Source: Trichoplax adhaerens
Lineage: Eukaryota > Animalia > Placozoa
Direction: 5' to 3'
Assembly (NCBI RefSeq): GCF_000150275.1
Contig: NW_002060943.1
Location: forward strand, 5,228,008 to 5,292,007
Length of the DNA: 64,000 nucleotides
Numbering within the stretch: the stretch's first letter is position 1; every line of letters begins with the position of its first letter. Positions 51,345 through 64,000 of the stretch are shown piece by piece. The notes below the pieces were generated by a model. That model searched no databases. It saw only the letters and a program-made list of their open reading frames with translations, and had not been told where the DNA came from. Position numbers and translations under genes: made by a program.

Positions 51345-54300
51345 ATGTCCAGCCAGAAAGGGAGTTGTGATCAATATTTTGACGCTTTTCAGCAAGCGTC
51401 TACATTAACCGATACATTAGATCATTTCCAACGATTATGCCAAGAGTTAAAATTACACAATGATCATCTTCGCCCATGTCGCCATTTCTACAATCAATTG
51501 AAGAAAAAATTAACCAGTTGGAAGTGTACTGCACTATGGAATAAGTATGATAAAAAAATGGCTGATCGAGCTATTACTGGAGCTAAAAATACTGCCAATA
51601 CCCACGTCTTAATTGTTGGTGCTGGACCTGTTGGCTTAAGAGCTGCTATTGAATGTGCTATGCTAGGGTGTAAGGTGGTTGTTGTCGAGAAAAGAAATCA
51701 TTTCAGTCGCAATAATGTCTTGCATTTTTGGCCCTTTATTATAAGTGATATGAAATCGTTGGGCGCTAAAACTTTCCATGGTCGTTTTTGCTCAGGATCC
51801 CTTGATCATTGTAGTAAGTACCATAGACATATTAATTAACTTAATGCCACCAATGCAATAACGACTCTCTCTCTCTCTCTCCACACGCTTTCCTTGATAA
51901 CCTACATGCTAAAGGCGTTGCTTTGCTAATACGTTTGTACTATACATGTACAAGTACGATCAATTGGGCAAAACTTTTTATCACTTGCAATATCATTTCC
52001 ACTTAATAGATAGCAATCATGACCTGTTGTTAATAGGTTTAGTACAGTCTAATTTGCCCTTCGATATAAGCCAAAATGGCATTTTACCACACCTTGTACC
52101 TTAAACTCATTACTGTCAACTGAACAAGTCATTGCGGGATATCTCATAAATAGGTGGAATGCTAAAGGCATATTTCATCAATCGACTAGGGAGTACTCTT
52201 CATCACTTGCTATATCCTTTCCACTTGACAAATAGCAACAATCATCTCTATCAAACAAATTGATCACATACAAAATGAGTCAAAATATCATTCTACTACA
52301 TGCTGAACCACTGGCACGATCTCCTTTACTGCTGTAGCGTCGATAGTAAAATTATAATTAAGACGTGTATACAGAATACGATCGTATTTTCACAATTGGA
52401 TGATTTGACAGAAGTAAAACTTCTGTATTATAGCATATCATTGATTGTATTTTAATTCGATTCTAGATACGACTGTCACCGATATCGGTATAAAATAGTA
52501 AAATTGATCTACAACAAGAGTGAAATGTTACCATAATCATTACGGACTACTATGCTACATGTTTACGGTTAACTAATATGCGTATACTGAATAGTGTCCA
52601 TACGTAGTTTCACCATTAGCAGAATATCCATTATACTATACTGTATTCATTAATTAATTCGACTTTATCATCGGTTGTGGCGTCATTTGCATTTTATGAA
52701 CAGGAATAGATTCATCTATTTTTATAATTTGGAATAGTATAATTTATTCTACGGTATGATTAAACGAGTTATTGAAGTACCTTTTAAAATTATTCCTATG
52801 GAAATAAATAATTTACCAGTATACTACAGTAACATAAAACTTTATTTGTACCAGTAAAATATAAAGTAGTCTTTGTCCTGGATTTGAGTGTTACTATAAA
52901 TTCAATTCAATAGTAGTTGTAACGACAACGTTTATTGTTCAAGTGTGTTGTTATACTTTAATCGACTAACACTATATTGGTATTACCTGGATCAACAATG
53001 AAGCAGTTGATTCACTTTGCTTAGTGCCGACAACAACACAACAGTAATAGATCAGATTGTCATCAATAACCCACGGACAAAATCCCTTCTTTCCATATTA
53101 TTAATATTTTTCACTGTTTGTATCAATTGTGTGCGTATAATTATAATTTTAAAATTTATTCAATTTACCGTATCTACTATAGATCAAAGATGTTTCTACA
53201 TAACTGCAGCTTGAAGCACTGCCAGTATTTTTTCTTATTTATAATAATTCAGGTGTAATAGTTTTAGATCTGATTTAGATATTGTAATGGGTCAGATTAT
53301 CAACACTTACAAGTAAATTTAATTTATCTAGTTACTGTATCAAAGATGTTTCCTTCAACATAACAACAACTTGAAATAGAAGTAGCATATTTTCATTTAC
53401 TGAAGTGTAATACTGCAGTTTACCTTATCAGGGCGATATGAATTTAAAGAAATTAATCAGGTTCCAAATACGATATAACAATATTGACCAGAATAAGCAG
53501 ATTGATAATATAATTATTCATTAACTATATACTATAATTGTTATTACTATTACACCTACTAGTACAGTAACTTTGTTTATTGTTAACTGCATACTGTAAC
53601 ACTGTACAACCCGGAACCTTCTTTTACAGAAAGTTAATTTCATTATATCCAAGTGAAACTTGTCATTCATATTGAATCACTTTTGCTTTACTATTGTGTA
53701 ATATATTATGCATTTCCCTTTCAACTTACCACAAATAGCGATCAAATGATTGTAGAGCAAATGTTTTTATGTGCCAAGTACGTATAACTGCCGGAATTAT
53801 TTCCTTAGAAAATATGGCATTGCTTAGATTTGTATCGATCTTATTTTTCTTCACTACTTTAGTTGTTAACCCCATCGACAATTGATTGATCTACATAATA
53901 CGCATAGAGTTACTACTACCGCAGACATTACTAGTCGCTGATCACAAATTGAAAATATATAGATTACACTCTGATGTTAATAATTTCTCTTTTTATTAGC
54001 AGCGATGACTCTTTTCTAACATAACTAATGTGCCGTTCCTTATAGGTATCCGTCAGGTACAGTTAATCCTTTTAAAAATTGCTCTTCTACTGGGAGTCAA
54101 CGTCTTCATTAATGTAACATTCAATGAAATGAGACAGCCAACCGATAAAAATTTAGGTAAGGCGACTGGGTAATAAATTAATGTCAGCCAATACCATGTA
54201 AACTAAATATAAGCGTTTTATGATCGTCTTCTGTAATTTGTACTGAAAATCGCGATGGATTGTAGACAACCTTAATAATTATATATATATAGTCATATTA

Positions 54301-57300
54301 GTAACTGTAATTCAGTGACGTATCTAACTTGGAACTTTATACCTTTAGTTTGGACAGCTGATATTACACCAGCTGATCATATCATCAATAAATATCAAGT
54401 CCACGCTTTAATTAATGCCGAAGGTTGTAGAACAAGATTAGCAGGATTTCATCGTAAAGAATTTCGCGGTAAATTAGCAATTGCCATTACTGCCAACTTT
54501 ATCAATTATCAAACAAAAGAAGAAAGCCGTGTGGAAGAAATAAGCGGTGTTGCTTACATTTTTAATCAAGGCTTTTTTAACGATTTAAGGAATAGTAAGG
54601 GTATCGACTTGGAGAATATCGTTTATTATCGAGACAATACTCATTACTTCGTGATGACTGCTAAAAAGAAAAGTTTACTCTTAAAGGGAGTTTTAAAAGC
54701 TGTAAGTATCTTTTAAAATAAATTGTTTAATTGAAATCTGCCTAGGTAAATAATACAGATACTAATTTGATAAAAACGTCAGTAAACCTTATTTATTATA
54801 TGCTGCGTACTTACGACGATCGTAATTTCTTAATAGCATTGTAGTGCATCATAACGTATAGCATGTACACGCTTGATCGTTAAACCAAAGAAATAGAAAT
54901 ATTGTACGCGTACACTCACTGCACAATAAAGAACTTAAAAAGATATCTGTAAATCTTACCTGACATATTCACTTGTAAACGTAGAGTACTGTAGCTGTAC
55001 GATTATTGCCGGCGATATTCTATAATTGTTTGTAGCACCTATTAGTAATTTATTACATAGGTATTCAACAAGTACTACAGTAATATGAAAATCAAAGCAA
55101 TTAACAAACATGCCTATAGAATATTACAATTATCGAGAATTGATAATCTCTCTTTCTTCTAATTTGGACAATTTGATAGGATTATTCCGACGTCAATAAA
55201 TTGCTATCGACAGAAAATATCGATCAGATTGCATTGCAAAATTACGCTAAACAAGCTGCTGACTTCTCTACCCGATATCAATTACCTAAGCTAGAATTTG
55301 CTCTAAATCATTACAAAAAACCAGATGTAGCGGTATTTGATTTCACTTCCATCTATGCCGCTGAACATTCCTGTAGAGTAATAGAAAGGAAGGGCCAACC
55401 ATTATTAATGCAATTAGCTGGCGATGGCCTGCTCGAAGTAAGCATTATAATCTTAATAAACCGATTCATGTGTAAGTAATTAATTTATTAGCTTGTGAAT
55501 GAAATAAGGCTTATGTTTTATCGCTTAGAAAAGCATGGAGTTCGACTTAACATTAGTATCATTGCTTGTTTAATGACTATTGTAATGCTGTATTAAGAGA
55601 TAATTTACATCTTTACAGCCTTTTTGGCCTACTGGATCCGGTTGTGCTAGAGGATTTTTAGGTGCTTATGATTCTGCGTGGATGATAAGAGGATGGAGTG
55701 CGTTAATATCACGCAAGAGAGCTGATTGTATAGAGCTGATTAGACAACGCGAAAGTGTGTATACTTTATTGGCCCAAACCACACCCAATAATTTGCAAAA
55801 AAATATTACTAAGTATTCTCTCGATCCAAATACGCGATATTGCAATTTGAATATAAAGGCAATTCCTGCTACCGTCGTTCAATTTCTATATGATGACGGC
55901 TCTGATTCTACAGATAATCCCAGCAAAAAGATGTCAAAGTCCCCATCCATGATCGGTTAGTGAAAAGAAGAAAAATATTTTTTACAAATGTTAAAATCTA
56001 TTTAAACTATTACGATCAGTTGACTGAAATGAATAGGAATATCGTTGCCGCAACTATATTCATTTCCTCTAATTAAATTTTTCTATATTTTATTGTAGCC
56101 GGTATTACAACGCATGAATTATTGGGGTGGTGTAGCAACTGTACATCCGTTTATAAAAATATCAACATAGTTAATATGACAACTTCTTGGAAGGATGGAA
56201 TGGCGTTTTGCGCAATTATTCATCGCTTTAGACCAGATCTAATGTTGGTTTATTATTCACTATTAAATTTTAGTATTCATTCATTGTTGGTATTAAGACG
56301 AGTCACACTAATATATAACTCGTGTAAAGTTAATATCTTATCTGATCTTTGTGTAGAGATTTTGATTCCCTTAGCCCTGATAGCGTAGAGGAAAATCTTA
56401 ATTTGGTTGGTAATTTTTTATTGCTTATACATAAATTTGCTACTTATGGCTAACAAAATTACTACTATATACATTTTCTGTAGGCAATTTCAGTTTCTGA
56501 CGAACATCTAGCAATTGCTCCAACTTTCAATCCTAACGAATTAATTGAACTTGGAGGAGCTGACCCCCTTTCTATAATGTGTTTCGTAGCCAAGCTTTAT
56601 GACGTTTTCAAGAACGAAAAACCTCAAGGTTCGATTTTCAACAATAAAACTTTATTATTTCTGTATGCTTTCAGAAGAATTGCGGTATTAAAGCTGTAAC
56701 AATAAGTCCTCAAAAATTTAATATTAACTCAACGATGTTGTGTCTCTATTTAATGACATGTAGAATTAGCAACAATGGAAGATGATGCAAAAGCTCCTGT
56801 TAATCGATCTCCTATGGGCAAACTAAGATTATTCCGTAAAATCTCGAGCATATTATCTAGGAATAAGGTAGTTTTAGATTAACATAACTTCTAGTAGTAT
56901 ATTTTTCGCTTAATGGCTATAAATTGCAAGAATTTATTAATTTTAATTGTCCTGATATACGCCAATACGGCAATATTCACTTGAGAGCGATAGATTGCGT
57001 TTCTTCATAACTCTCTTGTCTTATATATATATATATATATTTAATAGAGTCAACTGGCATCGCAGAAGGATTCAAATCAAGAAGAGCCACAGAAATCAAC
57101 TAAAAAGAAATCTCACTTTCAAAATCTTATCAAAAGCGTTATTGTAAAAAACAGTGTAGCAACAAAATTTCGACAGGTATTTAATGAAAATATTGCTTCA
57201 TTACAATAGTATAAAATTCAGTAAATACCGGCATAATAATAGCTAGAATTACTCACAATATTTTCCTAATTGTAGCCAGTTAATACTAGAAAACTTTCAC

Positions 57301-59087
57301 AAAGCCAAGTTTGCTATGTCTGTGGCAAGAATAGTTACTTATTGGAAAGAATATGTGTCGAGGACATGTTTCTTCACAATACTTGTTTTAAATGTCATAC
57401 ATGTGAAGTTACACTGCGGATTGGCGATTACGAATTTGTACCATCAGATAATCCAACAGAAAAGGGAAAGTTTTATTGCAAGCTTCATGGACCATCATCA
57501 TCAACATTTACTGGGGATTCAGTTGATACAATTGATAGCAATACCGTATCCAGGGCTGTAGAAGAAGATCAAGCCACAAGAGAGAGAATGAGAAGGAAAA
57601 TGCAAAGGAAAAAAGCCACCATTATGCAGCCTGTGCTAGACTTGGTTATGGAAGATAGTGCAAGTGGTATATCGAGTAGCGAGGAAGAGATAGATTCAAC
57701 TGATGATGTAGAAGAGGTAAAAGTCTGGTATTAATATGCAAGAGTTCATAGTTTAAGTTTTGTGTATCCAACATCATGCTTTCCTGTTGGATTACTTCTT
57801 TAACTTAATTTGGTAATGAACTATAATATTCAAATTGTATCATATTACCAAAGGAGAAAACACAGCAAACATCAGAAGCTGCTACACTTGAAAATAAAAG
57901 ACGCAGACAATTGAAAAGAAAACTAACAATGCAGCAAATTAAAGATCGTCAATTTGCTGCAAATCAACTATTTCTAGCACAAGAAATTCAACGCAAAATG
58001 AGGGAAACAGAATATAGAATATCTGAGATAACAGCTCAAGGCGCAATCCTCGAAAAACGTTTACGTACTGCTGCAGGTACTAGCTTTAGCTGTTATGCTT
58101 ACGATACTAAGTCGTCAATTGAATAGATATTTTATATTGACTTGACAAATAAATTTGAAAGATACTACTAGTGACGAAGATTTAGCCGAGTGGTTCGATC
58201 TAATCAAAGAAAAAAACGCTTTGCAAAACTATGAAGTGGAGCTGTCATTAATGTTAGTAAGACTTATTGTCAATCGAAAACCTGAGCATGATTACAATTT
58301 TTTTTTTTTTGTACATTATCTTCTTTTTGATAGGGCAAAAATGGTAGAGTTAGAGGATAAAATATCGGTCTTAAAATCAGAGCGTCCTAGGGATGAAGAA
58401 AAGCGACAACTGCTAAATGAGACGGAAGCGGAAAAAGAAGCACTAGAACAGACGTTGCAAAACGCAAGAGACAAGTACGCTAGCAATACTGTATTGTATA
58501 AAGGTTACAATAACGATAATTCACGATCATTGGATTTGAAATTTTAAAGCGTTTATTTAGTATATTTATACAAAGCCCGCTTATATGCAGTTTTTTCAAT
58601 ATCATTGCTGTCAGAAAATGATTAGCATATCACTTATATAAATTATACACTCACAGAGGAGTAGTTTTTCCGGGGCTTATTTTATAAACGCAAACAATAA
58701 AATAATTTAGAATCTTGTTAATTAATTTTGAGATGTGCACATCCGATAAATTTCGAAACTTAATTACTACAACTCTGCAAGTACGCATGGTATTCGTATA
58801 CCGTAATGGCTATCGATAAAGATAAACGTTAATTTTTCACACCAGAGATATTGCACTAATCTATTGACATAATTTTACATATAGGGTATCTGATAATAAG
58901 GAAAGTTCAATTGAATATATGTTGCTATTTCAAGGTACTGTAGAGTGAATAAAAAATTCTGGTAGAATAATCTATATATAATTTACATATCAATTTCATA
59001 TTAGAACAATATGACCATACATAAAGATGATAATTTAAATGTATAGGATTCACACAATTTGGCCAGGATGCGATCCAATGGGTATAA
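51345..59087 (+). CDS. MICAL: MICAL F-actin monooxygenase (FAD monooxygenase, CH, LIM, bMERB)
   Basis: [16 protein letters not shown]; [10 protein letters not shown]; [16 protein letters not shown]; GDGLLE|[13 protein letters not shown]; CH domain [21 protein letters not shown]; LIM CYVC...[11 protein letters not shown]...YCKLH; b[12 protein letters not shown]...[12 protein letters not shown]. The 3' end is uncertain: 58547 if unspliced, 59087 via exons 58885-58934 and 59047-59087. Confidence 0.95.
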
Positions 59088-59346
59088 AAGAAGTCCGCAA
59101 ATGTATACCTGAACAATGATTCTAAAATTATGAAATACAATTGCATCATAATGTATCATTTTATCGCCTTTATTAAGATAATGAATATGTATCGGGAATA
59201 CAACAGTATTCTATTTTACTCTAAATCCGTATGACTTATTTTTCTTCATTACCAGTTACTAATAATTATAATATTACTTACTGCATATGGAAGACAGAAA
59301 TTTTTTTTAATATCTCTTAACGATAGTATCTTTACTGTTATAAGGA

Positions 59347-64000
<4,654 letters not shown>

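Overview
AT-rich eukaryotic genomic DNA, gene-dense with many short GT-AG introns. The proteins are animal-like, and the architecture suggests a compact non-bilaterian genome, placozoan (Trichoplax)-like; this is inference, not verified. Hand splicing supports ten protein genes: a 99-aa single-pass membrane protein (-), RPS16 (+), PTGR3/ZADH2 (-), CKAP5/XMAP215 (-), ATG13 (+), a single-ORF C2H2 zinc-finger gene (+), ITFG2 (-), SNRNP70/U1-70K (+), a MICAL (+), and the 3' part of GCN2/EIF2AK4 (-). There are three head-to-head gene pairs, with TACAGT/ACTGTA-rich promoter regions and promoter-proximal tandem duplications. There is one N gap. The best leads are a ~310-nt GC-rich segment with nested helices at 29230-29535 (candidate structured ncRNA), a candidate poison exon in the U1-70K autoregulatory intron, CKAP5-ATG13 microsynteny shared with human, and the small membrane protein that the ORF track misses. 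No CRISPR array, rRNA, tRNA or transposase was recognised.
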